A DNA stretch of 64,000 nucleotides from Macrostomum lignano. Its lineage: Eukaryota. Made by a program: the position numbers and the translations under genes. This document shows, one piece after another, positions 22,025 through 35,054 of this stretch. Each line of letters starts with the position of its first letter. The first letter of the stretch is position 1. The stretch lies in the NCBI GenBank assembly GCA_002269645.1, contig NIVC01003894.1:7076-71075 (forward strand), read 5' to 3'. The notes under the pieces are model-generated. The model worked only from the letters and a program-made list of their open reading frames with translations, had not been told where the DNA came from and made no database searches.

Positions 22025-22554
22025 CCACGGTTCGGATTGTGTAATAGTGTACGCTGGAACAAGAATCCTATCTCAGCTAAATGTATGCCAGTGTACGCCA
22101 AAAACAAAACAATTCCCTAAAATGTACGCCAAAAATTCCTCCTAAAAAAGGTCATTCAGTTTTCACAAGTAGAGTTTTATAGGAATGGCTTTCGTACAAA
22201 ATTTTTTTTAAATATTACGAATATTTTCATTTTAAACAAACTTAAGTTAAACCTACAGAAAAAAGAATGCAAAATTTACATTTTTAGCAATAATTTACAC
22301 AAGTTTTATTCATTGTTAATTTTAAAAAAGCAAAAAGTTTATCACTGACTTTCTAGACTATATAAATTTTCCTTCATTTACATTACAATTTTTAATTTTT
22401 ATACACAGCATGAATTTATGAAGGGTCACCAAAATTGGTATGCCAAAAATTTCTTGAGCTCAAAGTGGTACACCAAAGTGGTATGCCAAAATAGCCAAAC
22501 TTTTCAATGGTATGCCAGAAAATTCCGGCTTACATGTAACCTTCCTGAGTGTGG
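22025..22554 (-). mobile_element. MITE family B, diverged copy in inverted orientation
   Basis: The reverse complement of its right end aligns to the left end of 22912-23500; near-TSD TGTGACTG/TATGACTG; degenerate TIRs starting CCAC. Confidence 0.6.
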
Positions 22555-22911
22555 TATGACTGAGCTTGTGCAGATAATCTCAACCCAGTTAACAAGAACT
22601 AGCACAGTTCCCAATCCCTGCACTTGAGCCTAGCAGGACTGCTAACAAGGTATGCACTGGTGCAAACTGTCAAATCTACATGGCATGCTGATTTCTTGAG
22701 TCTTGTTTATTTCGCTTAGCCTGGAGCCTCTCTCATTGAAGGACAAGATCTGAGTGAGCTGGTGGCAGCATTTACCAATGCTACTAAAAGCAACTAGGTT
22801 TCTTAGGAAAGTTGGCCAATAGTCTAAGTGACTGATTGGGAAGTGAACAACAGTCTGTACTTCGCTGGTGGCAGTGGTAGGATTTCAAGACCTGCCAGGC
22901 TATCACTAGAC

Positions 22912-23500
22912 CTATAGTCAGGATGATGTACATTATGCCAGAAATTTCCGGCGTACAATTGAAAATTTTACTTTTTTTGGCATACAATTGGCATAAAAAA
23001 ATGAGGCAAAATATATTTGGCGTACCTTTTGGCGTGACGCCATGGCGTAAATATGCCAAGCAGCATACGCCAACTCCAATCTTCACGCCAAAGTTAATAT
23101 TAACAAATTGTTGGCATAACGCTGTAACCTCAGAATCTTATTATAAAATCATAAAAACCCTAAAACTCATAAGATGAAAGTTCATAACCATTGGTAATTT
23201 ATAAAAATTTAAAATTCCACGCAAACTAATTGTGTCAATTTTCTAAAAAAACTTAAACAAAAAATTGATTTTTGTTGGCATTATCTGTAAGCCAATTTAC
23301 TTTAAATGAAAACCACACATTTGTTAAATTTTTATTGTTAAAAATGTGTAACACGCAAAAAAGGTCATTTATTGTCGCAAAGCCTAGAAAACCTGGCGTA
23401 AGTTCCTAGGACCTTGGCGTACGTTTCAGTATGAAGTGGCGCAGATTTTTTTAGGGGACTTTTTATTCCGGCATATACCATGACATGATCCTGACTATGG
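22912..23500 (+). mobile_element. MITE family B (hAT-like, 8-bp TSD CACTAGAC)
   Basis: 18-bp TIR C(T/C)ATAGTCAGGAT(G/C)ATGT with 2 mismatches; TSD at 22904-22911 and 23501-23508. Confidence 0.8.
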
Positions 23501-23943
23501 CACTAGACCAACTAGACAAAGTATAAACACTTCACTAAAAAATAAAAATTAGTTGCCAAATGTATTGTTAGATAATTGCTTATTAGTTGTTTATTAGTTA
23601 ATTAATTAATTAGGAAAAAATTAAATAAAAGATCCATTGTTATTCATAAAATTTTATATTATTCACAAAAAATTGATTATTATATAGGTAGGTCTTGGCC
23701 TAATAGATGGGATATTGAATGTAGAATGTAGATTAGTAAAATCATAAAATGCCTTTTTAAAATAACTATATAAAACAAGCTTTTTGTTTACTAGTTAGGC
23801 CTTAGTCTAACTCCAAGTTTGACTTAATTAAGGTCTAATATCATTTATATTAGAATTAATAAATAAATAATCTTTTGATATCTATTTTGGTATAGGTTCA
23901 GATTTTTACTCTAAATTAATTTAACTTTTTTAACTTTTCAGCC

Positions 23944-24093
23944 AATGGCAGGCCAACCTACAGTGCCCATAACCATTGTACAGATACCTTCACTTCAGTC
24001 CAGTGATTGACAGCCAGATTGTATAGGACAAAGCTGTTCTAAAGCTCTGCAGAAGGTACAATGGTTGTGGGCAATGCAGGTTGGCCTGCCATT
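23944..24093. repeat. Foldback element with 38-bp inverted arms, nested in a larger imperfect inverted repeat (~23890-24685)
   Basis: Arms 23944-23981 and 24056-24093 differ at 3 of 38 positions; no convincing TSD. Confidence 0.7.
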
Positions 24094-25325
24094 CCTAAAT
24101 GGAATTCTTGCAGAAAAATCACAACGCATTATGCGATTGCGCGAAAAAAATGCGATTTTGTGTCAAAAAATCCGGAAAAAATGCGTCGCAGAATTTCAGA
24201 CAAAATTGCTAATTCTTAATATATGCAAAAGTGCGCTTGAGATATAGGATTTTGCAAAAGATAATCCTACTAGCTAAGATCACAAAGAAAAAAAGAATAA
24301 AAAGTAGAAACTAAATAAGGCACAAAAGTAAAAATTCAAAAAAATTCTATAAAAAGTAGAAACTCGTAACATTCTTTAACATGCGTATTTGGACAAAAAT
24401 TCAAATCACTACATTTTCTTAGAATGCATTTTTCGTTATTGATATTAATTTTGAAGCTTTTATAGGTTCGGGCAATAGCTAAGCCATTAAAAAACTTGTT
24501 TTAACCATTTTGCAACGTGCTAAGTACCAAAAAAAAAATGCGACCAATAAAAATATTTTGCGCGCCATAAAAAAATCGCATAATTCCATTTGACTTAAGA
24601 AATACAAAAAGTCCATCCTGGCTGCCATTGGCTAAAAAGTCGGAAAAAAGTTACAATAATTTAGAGTGGGAATCCGAAACTATTCCTCTATATCTTGTCT
24701 AGGCCTAATCTTAGGCCTAACTTTAACTTAATAAATAAATAAATAAATAAATCATTTCTTTAGAAGTTTAGGTGGCTATGGGCTTATGACATGGATGAAT
24801 GATTAGGCCTAAAATTTAAATAGAAAATGTCATCTTTTTATTTATAATTTATCACAAAAACACCCAACAAACAGCAAAAACGACAAATCAAGTCAGTAGT
24901 CGTAGACCTTAAGACCTACAATTAGGGCTCACTCATAATAAATTCGAATTTCCTGGATGATAACTTCAATTTCAAAAGATGATGCTTAAAAGAAGCACCC
25001 AATAGGGTTATGCCAACGCTCGACTCTATAACAAGGAAGATTCAACTCAAGTAGTCCTAGTCTACTCCTACAACTTCAAGTAGGACTTGAGTCTTCATTA
25101 GAGGACCAGTTTCGTGGAATAAGAGTGATTAGATGGTTTTTCATTTGTACATAGTCAGCTTGCAAATGATTTTTAAATTAAAAAATAAACAGCTTTTTAA
25201 GCTAGTCACTAAGTAAGAGTAATTTGACATTGAATTTTTATCTTTGGAGCAAAACTACTTTTGACTTTGTTAAAATCATAACTATTTTTGTTCGTTGTAA
25301 TTAAATTATGTCACTGAATACCCGG

Positions 25326-25689
25326 CGCCCCCCACCTCTAAAATTTTCTGGATTCGCGTCTGTCTGTTACCACTATCATGAATCAATGAAATTTATTGAA
25401 AAATTGTTTATTTGACTGGGTGCATGCTGAGTAATTAAATTACTAATTATTTTATTAATCTGAATCGTCTTTCATTGTATTAAAATTTAAAGTTTGTTGT
25501 GTTACTCTGGTCCAGCGAGCCATGGCCCCCTCAACTGGAACCTACAATAATGACACTATATTATTTTCGCAGGTTGCCTCCCGACGCCCCCCGCCTCTAA
25601 AATTTTCTGGATTGGCGTCTGTCTGTTACCACTATCATGAATCAATGAAATTTATTGAAACATTGTTTATTTGACTGGGTGCATGCTGA
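25326..25689. repeat. ~105-bp direct duplication (25326-25430 and 25585-25689), probably transposon-end fragments
   Basis: Near-identical CGCCCCCC(A/G)CCTCTAAAATTTTCTGGATT...TGCATGCTGA blocks. Confidence 0.85.
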
Positions 25690-26492
25690 TTTCAAGACCG
25701 AAAAAAACTTGCCTCTTCGTGGTCCTGGATATTATATATACTTACATTGCAATTGATTTCGGCGATAAGAAAACACAGCAAAGTCACTGCATGTACGACT
25801 ATTTCTCAAGTATCTCTATTTTCGCAACATTTGTTTGCATCTAATTCAAGTCAGTATGTGAATCTAGCTGTATCGTTCGGGGCGAGAAATTTGCGCATAT
25901 CCACTGCAGTGTCATGGAGTTTATTCTCTAGCTGTTATATATAAAAATAAAATAAAGCTAATGGTGTGACGAATTTTAACGAGTGAATACACTGTATGCG
26001 GCTATTCAGTGACATGCTTAAAGCCTTCTCAAACGGCCCCAACTATCTATTGTCATGGCCAAAAAGCCATCTTTCACCGATAACGCGACCGTGCGGTAAA
26101 TTCCAGCCAACCGCAGCAATTTCCCGCACGAATTCAAACTTGATATAATTTATTTCAAACTATACATGCATGTAATATTGTAATTTCAAACAATAAAACA
26201 AGCACAGACATGAAGCCTGATAACAAAACGAAGCAGCTTTTGTGACAAAACCGGTACATCAGGACAAGATGATACATGTACTTAGTGTAACACTACTGTC
26301 AGATGTGGCGTCGTTCAGATCTTGCCAAATGCCTCTTTAACGTCCCGTAGAAATTAGCACAGTATGTTATTCAGATTCTCCTTCGTACAGGAAGTCTCTT
26401 TGAACTTCATCGCCGGCGGATATGCTAAAACAACTTCCGAACGAGGCGAGGCCCTGCAAGTAGATAGCAGTACGTACCGTAATGTACATGCG

Positions 26493-26524
26493 CCTAACCC
26501 TAACCCTAACCCTAACCCTAACCC
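26493..26524. repeat. Interstitial telomere-type repeat (CCCTAA) x~5
   Basis: CCTAACCCTAACCCTAACCCTAACCCTAACCC. Confidence 0.9.
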
Positions 26525-27642
26525 GTGGGCCACCGCGCCCCTTGGCCTATAAAAATACAGAGCGTGGAGGGTTTTGCCTCAATTGAGTTTACTCCAAAAT
26601 AAGCGACTTGACTTCATTTACACTGGCCAGGTCCATCAATCTCCGGTAACAATGAGAAGAATCTTTTGCTTGCTTCGTCTAGATCTTTGTCAAAATTTCC
26701 TGAGATACCCAGTTGCTCATCAACCAGCGCCGTCACTCCATGCCAGTCCAAAGCCTGGTCTACGAGGGTATCTCCGTATCCGTAAGACCCAAAATCATTT
26801 CATTTGGTAATTTAGAGAGGTCAAGTCTAGTGGTTCGAGACATTTTTGGCTCTTGTCTTTCATGTCTCGTCTCATCTTTCTGGCCCCAACCAGACTTTAA
26901 GTCACCGCTCTTGCAATCTCTTATAGTCTTAGTCTATAAAACTCCAGCTTCGTGTAAAAGCAATGTCAGTTTTAGCTGTCTTCCCCCTCCTAGCCGTAAG
27001 GTAAATTCCATTTCATCTGTCCATGGCTAAAATCCGGAGAAGGCTTCGCCAATAAATCAATGAATCTACTACCGCTTAGTTCCTTCGTGCGTAAATAGTC
27101 TATGGCACTCGTGCACGTAGCGATAAATAGATCTACCATTTGCCATAAACTATCAATATATACAACCAACAAAGTTCTCTTTCTCCGCTAGTTTGCGTGC
27201 GTCTGCGAAATCAATCACAAACACATATGTTTGACGGAGTTTAGGCTCGGTCATAATTTAAAAGCAAGCTATAGACAGGGATGGCCTCAACTGCGATTTT
27301 GAATCATTTCCTGACTTTTAGGTGTTTTGACCATAGACAAAACTGAAGAGCTCACTTTGTATCACATTAGTCTATGGTCGATAAAATAAATTTTCATTCA
27401 GTTTCGAACTACAGTGCACTTATAAAGTTTACTTTGGTCAGAAGCCGAAAGCTAAAAAAATCGAACAAGTTTGAGCACTTGTCATGATGTGACATGAAGA
27501 CATCAGCTAAATTTGTTTATGGGCCATGCTTAACTTTCTCAGCAGCTAACAGACACTTGCTAAGCAGCCCATGCTTAACAGCAGGTTATAAGCTATTTAA
27601 TAAATCAGTGGAGAAAAATCGACTTGTCTAAATTAAAGAAGG

Positions 27643-29856
27643 ATGTCTACGTCGACCGTGATCTTCTTCATTATCTCTGTTGGCACCTTCGCCATCTTGC
27701 TGATGCTGGCTGTGGCTCTGTTTCTAAAGAACAGATCTCAGGCCGCCGGATTCGGTGGGATTCAGAGCGACATCACCGCCTCCGCCAGGGCATCCTACAG
27801 CTGTGACGTGGAGCTCGTGGTTCTGGACGATACGATCCAGATTACAAACCTGGAGGACAAGCCAATGCGCCTGGAGGCCACTAGCACCGACAAGGGCTTT
27901 CAGCTCGTCTCCAGCGACCAGTGGCAGCAGAAGTTTGTCCAGGGCACTAATACCTACCGGATTTTCGCATCGTCTGTCAACGCTCATTTTGAGCAGGTGT
28001 CCGTCGAGTTGAAAGTGATGCCGACTGAAGTGTCCATCCGGCCTGTGATGAGGAACGACAGCGCTCAAGTTATGATTTGGAAGATAAAACCCGTGCTGTA
28101 CACCGGAAGCCGCCACCTGATGGAACGGCAGGTATTTTCGGGTCGACTTCAAAAGACGGTAAATTTTGACCGAGCCCCGGGAAAATACTTCAGGTAAGAA
28201 GATACGATTATTCTTGCCTTGATTCCTAAGCAAAACCAGTTCGATTTTAGGCTGAAGTTCCATTCGAATTTATACTCGTGTTAATTAAACTCGTACACAA
28301 CTTGAATGAAGCAAAGAGAGCCCAGAGAGGAACCCAGCTACACTAATACAGTATCAGCTATCAGCGTGCGAAAAATTGTATAAGTACCTGTACACTATCT
28401 AGTTTTGAAAGACTTCCAGAATGACCAATGATAGGTCTGTTACTAAGTACGAGTATTAGAGCCGGTAGTATTGCTGAGGGTTGGGATTTCTCTGGATTGG
28501 CGCCAAGAGTTCGGGAATGCCAGATGCGCTATTGGAGTCTGGAGTCTGTGCCGCATTTGTGCCGGCATCAAAAGCGCATGTACATGTGACTAAGCAGTCG
28601 AAACCAGCCTGGAGCTATGTGTATCTAATCGAGTACTTGACTACAGCTTTCTGACAAAGAATTGTTACGGTGAGTTGAGTAGCTTAAGATAACAAAGGCC
28701 TAAGATAATGGCCTAATGGCCTAAGATAACAAATAGCTTATGCCTATGGTAAATTGCTCTGTTGACTACCAATGCATTTTGACGGATCGCTCATGCATGT
28801 ACATGTGTCGCCAATGCCTCATTAGTTTATTGCAAAACGTTTTTGTTGATAATTTTTGTGTTGGTCGGTCGAGCAGAAGATAGGCTATTTCCTAGTTCGT
28901 GAGCTGCCATGGATCTCGGAGTTTCAAAATCGCCCCACAGAATTCGGGTGGCCACAGGCAACAGCAGGAACTCGAAACTGGGCATTGATAACCGCAGCAA
29001 CCTCGCTGCGGACGGCTTTCAGCTGCTGAGCCTGCGCATCGAAGCCGAGCGCGTTCTCGCCAGCAACCTGTCCGGCCGCTCCATGGAAGCCGCCATCGTC
29101 CAGGATGATTTTCAGACCACTCTGCGTCGTCGGCTCACCGAAGATGTCCAAGCCATGCCGCTGAATGGTGAGAGTGCATTCAGGGAGCCTGGGGCGCGTA
29201 ATATGAAGCTCAAGAAGCAAGGCTAATTAGATTAATTGAGCTTAGTAGCGATTCAGGCGGGAAACCAGAAGAAAGTTTGGAAGGTGTGCCAGGATCGTAG
29301 AGGGCGTTCCAGTTTTTCAAGTTGAATGTTGGACAAATATTGAATGAATACGAACTTCCTGAGCAAGGGAAATGTGAGGCTGATCATTACAAAGAGTCTA
29401 CAGGACCAGCTGCTCAAAACTAGCACTGGCACTTCGAATTGTCATGTGTGCGCCAGTGAGGGGGCTGGAGACAGATGGTGCTAAGCAACCTATTGACTGC
29501 GCGAATTTGGCTCCCAAATCAGCTTGAAATCCCGATCTGATAACACAAAATCCGCAGGCGTTTTCTGCTTCTCTATCCTGCCCGACAAGTCGACTGAGTC
29601 CAAGAACCTGCTGTGCATCCGCATCACCGAGCAGAGCGTCCAGATCGAGCCGTACAGCAAGTTCGGCACCGTGCCGCTCATCTGCGACGTCAGTTGCCCC
29701 GGCCGCTCAGCCGATGAGCCCCTGGCTCAGATCCTCTCCGGGGAGGTCCGGTCCGAGCTGCAGCTGCCGCGCCGCTCCTACCGCTACATCCTGGCCTTCT
29801 ACATGCGATCGGCTTCGAGGTGCACGGAGGCAGAGACCTCCTACACCCTGCAGTGA
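27643..29856 (+). CDS. Uncharacterised 358-aa protein with an N-terminal transmembrane or signal segment; exons 27643-28193, 28941-29167, 29558-29856
   Basis: Three GC-rich ORF blocks join through ttcag|gtaaga ... ccacag (phase 2) and aatg|gtgaga ... ccgcag (phase 1) into one 1077-nt frame; hydrophobic VIFFIISVGTFAILLMLAVALFL near the N-terminus. Confidence 0.8.
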
Positions 29857-32129
29857 CGCCCGAGCGCGACTACCCTGCACGCCCTCGTATTGCCATTGTT
29901 ATGCACGCCATTTCCTTTTGTCCATGCGCATCGAATTCGGAGCGACAACCCATCGCTCTGCACTGCCCTGTTCACTCGTTGCTTCCCGTCCCTACCCTTG
30001 GCCTGCGCCAGTCCTGAACTCCCAGCTGTCTGATGCCAACGTGAGCTGTTTTTCCATGTCGTGAGATCTGCGCCAGAAACTAATTATAAACATGCGAAAT
30101 TAGAACGGAAATTTTTCTGATTACCTTTGCCCTGCTTTTACTAAACTTGTACAAGATTCCTCCTTTGCGCACAATGATTCCTGTCCTATTGCTAAATTGG
30201 CCTTTAAATGATGATCATTCAGTGAGAGCAACCATCAGCAAAAAGTAAAAATTCTGTCACTGACATGGAGCAGCATCTCAGTTCATCGTCCTCAGCTATT
30301 TTGTCCTCTCTGAATTGTAATGTAATTTTGCCGTCATCCCAGCAATGATCCCGATGCCACGACTGCTATTTATATATGGGCTGTAGACTTTTCGCGTAAC
30401 AACGGGTGTGCTTTACTGTACCTACTGTTACTCAGATATGCTTACGCAATTCTAGCGTGGATCCCACCGTAGCCGGCTGGCTGTGGTTCTCATACCTTGC
30501 GCTACTTGAACTACTGGAGCTGTAATACAACTTGGCTCTGACCGTATCCTGCACGCCTCTCTCTTATCTGGCTTTATTTACTCAGATAATATATTATATG
30601 TTACCTGGGCCCGTTTCAATTTGTTCCCTGCGCGCATTAATTAATAGCTTGTACGCTTATTTCACTCTGAATGCTCCTTTGTTCGAGCCTTTGTTTCTGA
30701 CGGGGCGGTCTTGTTGAAATGCAGCCCGAATTCAAATACATTTATTATTGTGAATTGTTGACTTCTTGAGGCTGTGGACTTCTACTACTCGAGTATCGTA
30801 TCATTTTGACTACTTGTAGTAGTGCAGCGCGGTTCCATGCTGAAAAACGCAAAAATTCAGCATAGATGCGCGTTAGGCCCCTAGCTTGAGCAAAAATTCA
30901 TACGAGTTTTATTGCTTAAGTCCCACAGGACTGACTGGCCAGATTTTCTAGGTCCATTCCAGCCAACCTGATTGATAATTAATGAAGACCCCGCCCACAC
31001 AGCGGACATCAAATCGGGCCGCAGGGCTAAGCCGCGCTAAGCCGATTTATGCCGATGGGGCGGTAGGGAGTCTGGATTCAATTTCCCCCCTCGGCAGCTC
31101 AAAATCTCAGAGGGCAGACCGGCGGGATCAGCTCCACTCTTTGAGCTGTGAGCAATTCAGCTCTGAATATCCTTGCGTTTCTGATCTCCGGTTTCATTCC
31201 TCCCGTGCTGCCCCGGTGCAGTAGAAAGTCCCCCGCCTTTTCCGAATTTCCAGCACCAGCAGAAACGCAGGGTGGATCAGCAGGCACCGCGGGAGCTGGA
31301 CGGGGATCGCGAGGCATAAAGGGACAAGCAGGGGGGGGGGGCAGAGCTGCCTCGATTTACAAAGGCGCTCCTCTCGATCTCGCCTCCTCGGTTCGAGCAG
31401 CTTTTGCTCCCCCAAAAGACCCGAGAGTATCAGTCCGCTGCATCTCCGGCCCATCTCGCCCGGCCTCAATTTAGCTGAGGACAAGCAGGCAGGCGAAAGA
31501 AGCTTCCTGTTTCCTGAGGCCCTCAGCGCGCATCCCCCTGCCCCCCTTTTATCTCTTTGCCTTGACTCCTTCGATTCCCTCCTCGCCAATCTTTAGCGCA
31601 GCCGGGCACATCTAGCGGGCAGCAGCAGCCGCTCCAGCTCTCTGTTCCCGCACTGTCCTGAGAGCCACCCTCTCTGCAGTAGTTCTTCCTTCTTCGAGCC
31701 CCTTTTACCTCATCCTCACCCTTACTCAAATTATTGGCGAGGCTATCGAGCTTTTGAATCAATCTAGATTCAGACTCTGTGTCTTCTGGCCTCCTGCCGA
31801 AAACGCCTCAGCCTCAGCAGAGCGTGGCGAAGGGAAGGCGGGTGTGGATCGGGAGAGAGCTGCTGCTGTCCCCCCAGCCTCTCCGCCGCCCCTCTCTCCG
31901 GGTCATTAAATTTGCATTTATACCCGCCACTCACTGCGAAGCTCAGACACAGGCGAGAGAGAAAGGGCGTGGAGAGGCGAATCGGGACTCTGCGGCAGCA
32001 AGAAGGGAGGCAGCGATCGCGAAGAAGCTGAGCCAGCAATTAAAGGCAGCGAGCCACCGCCTGATTAGCATCGCAGGAGGAAGGGCGCTCTACCGCTAGA
32101 ATCCCAGCGAGTGCCTGCCTCATCAGCCG

Positions 32130-32582
32130 ATGCAGTCGACGGCCTGCCCTGCGGGCATCCGCATCGAGGTAGAGGCCGCCGGGCCACCAGACGAGGAGGA
32201 GACCGAAGTGGCGGTGGCGCATCGCAGCAGACAGCAACAGCAGGAGGCGCCACACTCCCAGCATCAGCTGCAACTGTCTCCACCGACTGCTAGGTCCCGG
32301 CGCTCGCGCTCGCTGCCCTCGGTGCACGAGGACCTTCTAGGCGAGGGCGGCCCACAGCAGCAGCAGCAGCAGCAGCAGATTCAGAACCAGCTGCGGGACC
32401 TCAGTCTCCGACATCAGCAGGAGGCAGCGGGCGCTGGCAGCCTTCTTGAGTGCCTGCCGGAGCCGGCGCAAAAGGTGGCCATCGACACGATGCCGCTGCC
32501 CGTGGACAGCAGCCGGCAGCGCAGGCGCTCCTTCGATTTCAGCGTCCTGCAGAACTTGAGCGCCATTCAGGAGCAGGAATAA
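32130..32582 (+). CDS. 150-aa intrinsically disordered protein (or terminal exon) with RSRSLP, RRRSF and C-terminal LSAIQE motifs
   Basis: GC-rich, exon-like composition, polyQ tract, acceptor-like catcag 3 nt before the ATG, sharp drop in GC after the stop. Confidence 0.55.
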   Translation: MQSTACPAGIRIEVEAAGPPDEEETEVAVAHRSRQQQQEAPHSQHQLQLSPPTARSRRSRSLPSVHEDLLGEGGPQQQQQQQQIQNQLRDLSLRHQQEAAGAGSLLECLPEPAQKVAIDTMPLPVDSSRQRRRSFDFSVLQNLSAIQEQE

Positions 32583-32730
32583 ATCATTTCAGCGTCTGGC
32601 AGTTCCTGATTTGGGACTGGACCTTTGATGTTTTACCTTGATGTCAGATGTATAGTTTTAGCCATGTGAGAGCAGCAGGAACGATTCACTAAAGTGTATG
32701 AAAGTATTACAGTTGTCAAGTTTCTCTCTC

Positions 32731-32856
32731 TGCAACCGACTTAGGCGGATAGGAGGAAGCTGCAACCGACTTAGGCGGATGGGAGGAAGCTGCAACCGAC
32801 TTAGGCGGATGGGAGGGAGCTGCAAACACCGACTTAGGCAGATGGGAGGAAACTGA
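32731..32856. repeat. 30-bp tandem repeat x~4 (TGCAACCGACTTAGGCGGATGGGAGGAAGC)
   Basis: Read directly. Confidence 0.9.
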
Positions 32857-34313
32857 AGCAGTGTGGCTGCATACGTGAGATTTTACCAGAGAAATCAGAC
32901 ACGAAAAGATCGAATGGATTTTTCGTTACGTTTTTGCACAACTCTAAATCTGAACATTATTTAGTGTATTGGATAAGTAAAGTACATTTCATCATGCTTA
33001 GCTTAGACACGCAAAATACAGATTAAAACTCACTTGAACAGGTGAGTGAATATGGAAACATGCACTCAGAGCTGCAGTAGACATTCGCTCTGTACCCCCA
33101 CCATGCAAACCCATTGTGTTTTATTTATTTCAAACAAAAAGTCACATCACTCAGATCTGATATAGAGATGTACTTTGATATCAGTCCATGCAAGGTTGCC
33201 GACAGCATGCGGCCAGCAGTGATGAGGCTGATTTATTCACTTAGAGCACCGCGGCTGCATCAATCACGCTCAGCTCACGCTTCATCATTCAAAGTGTGCA
33301 GCATTCTGAGATGAAGTAGGGTAGAGAGGGATACGGGAAGCTGGGAAGCGGAGCAAAGGACTCGCTGCCTCTCTTCTCGAGTTTATTAATTACAGGCCTG
33401 CGAGTGGGGAGCTGGGGACGCCCCGGGGATTCGGGGCAGCTTTGCGGGATTCTTCTCCCCTAACGGAGACTGCAGCGGGGAAATGATGCAGCAGAGGGGC
33501 AGCTGGCTGCCTGTTGAGTAGCTGAGGGGCACTGAAGCCCGTGCAGCGCTGCTGGAAAGCTGGACAAAAAAGATGAAGAACTGACAGACTGAGGGAAGGC
33601 TTTTCATTGAGGAGTAATAATAGGGTCTGGAGGTTAATTCAATGGCAGGCAAGACTCGAATATATTTAAAAAACCTTCAGTTGGTTAGGAAGGAAAATGG
33701 GCCAGACTTTCTCAAAATATTTTCGCTAACGTCTGCAATCGGCCTTCAAGAGCGCCGGCTCCCTCGGGTGTTGGTGGCGCAAATTGTTCATCAGGACTTC
33801 ATTAACCCCCGCCTCGGTCTGGGGAACCTCGGCCTAAAGACCGTCAAGCGTTTCCCGAACTCGAGAAAACTTCATTTCCTAAGAAGCACCTGGGCGCCCC
33901 CGCGGGTCCGTCCAACTTGCTCGGGTTCTCATTCCCGCCTTGGCACTGTGAGTGAGGCGGCGGTCTGAGCAGGCAGGGTCAACTCGCTCTCTGCGCCAGC
34001 GAATTTCCTCGCGGTAGCAGAGTCGATGCAATTCTTGACAAAACACGAGACCGCAGAGTTGGGGACGAGAAGCTGGGCCGGAGCTGCTTCATCGACGGCA
34101 GCTCTCCTTCCGCCTCGTCGCCTCGTGCACTTTTCCAGTGTGAGACATTACGAGATAGCGGCCCTCGCCTTCTACTGACAGTAGCTGCGCAAACATATTA
34201 GCGAAACTTGGTGTAGCGCAATCAGAAAGCCAACACCGACAGGCCGGACCCTCAGGACCTGCAACACGCTGAAGAAAGTTTTTGAGATTTTTTATTCTTA
34301 CAAAAAATGAAAG

Positions 34314-34678
34314 GCTGATCTCTGAGCTGGGGCAGAGTACTGAGCTAGCTAACAGCTGGTCTCTGAGCTGGGGCAGAGTACTGAGCTAGCTAACAGCTGG
34401 TCTCTGAGCTGGGGCAGAGTACTGAGCTAGCTAACAGCTGATCGCCAGAGTACTGAGCTAGCTAACAGCTGGTCTCTGAGCTGGGGCAGAGTACTGAGCT
34501 AGCTAACAGCTGGTCTCTGAGCTGGGGCAGAGTACTGAGCTAGCTAACAGCTGATCGCCAGAGTACTGAGCTAGCTAACAGCTGGTCTCTGAGCTGGGGC
34601 AGAGGACTGAGCTAGCTAACAGCTGATCGCCAGAGGACTGAGCTAGCTAACAGCTGATATCTGAGCTGGGGCAGAGGA
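34314..34678. repeat. 41-bp minisatellite with shorter variant units (GAGCTGGGGCAGAGTACTGAGCTAGCTAACAGCTGGTCTCT)
   Basis: Read directly. Confidence 0.92.
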
Positions 34679-35054
34679 CGAGCAAAGGAACAAAATCATG
34701 AAACAATTAAGCGAAGCAGGAACTAAAAAACAAAAGGTAAAGTCAAAAGACTGAAGAAACGGCAAAAAGAAAGTGGTGAGCAAATTAGGCTTAAAGATAG
34801 CAGAATTGGCTTAGAAGCAACAGCTAGGGAGATGATAGATGGCCCCAATCAGTCGCCAAGGCGGGTGGACGGTCTCCTGGCATTCCTCTCGGCAGCAACA
34901 CTCGCGCGTGCTGAATGCGCCGCCACTGGCACCGCGATAGGCATCGCGATGAGGCCGGGGCAGCCGCCATGACGAATCGCCTGTTGTCGCGCCAATCGGC
35001 CACAGAGGCCGCGGGCGCGGGATGTTTTCATTGCGGGGCGGCCGGTAGGCCGGC

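Noticed and set aside
26600-27172. Degenerate coding region on either strand
   Set aside because: Frames are short, contain stops and show no recognisable motifs.
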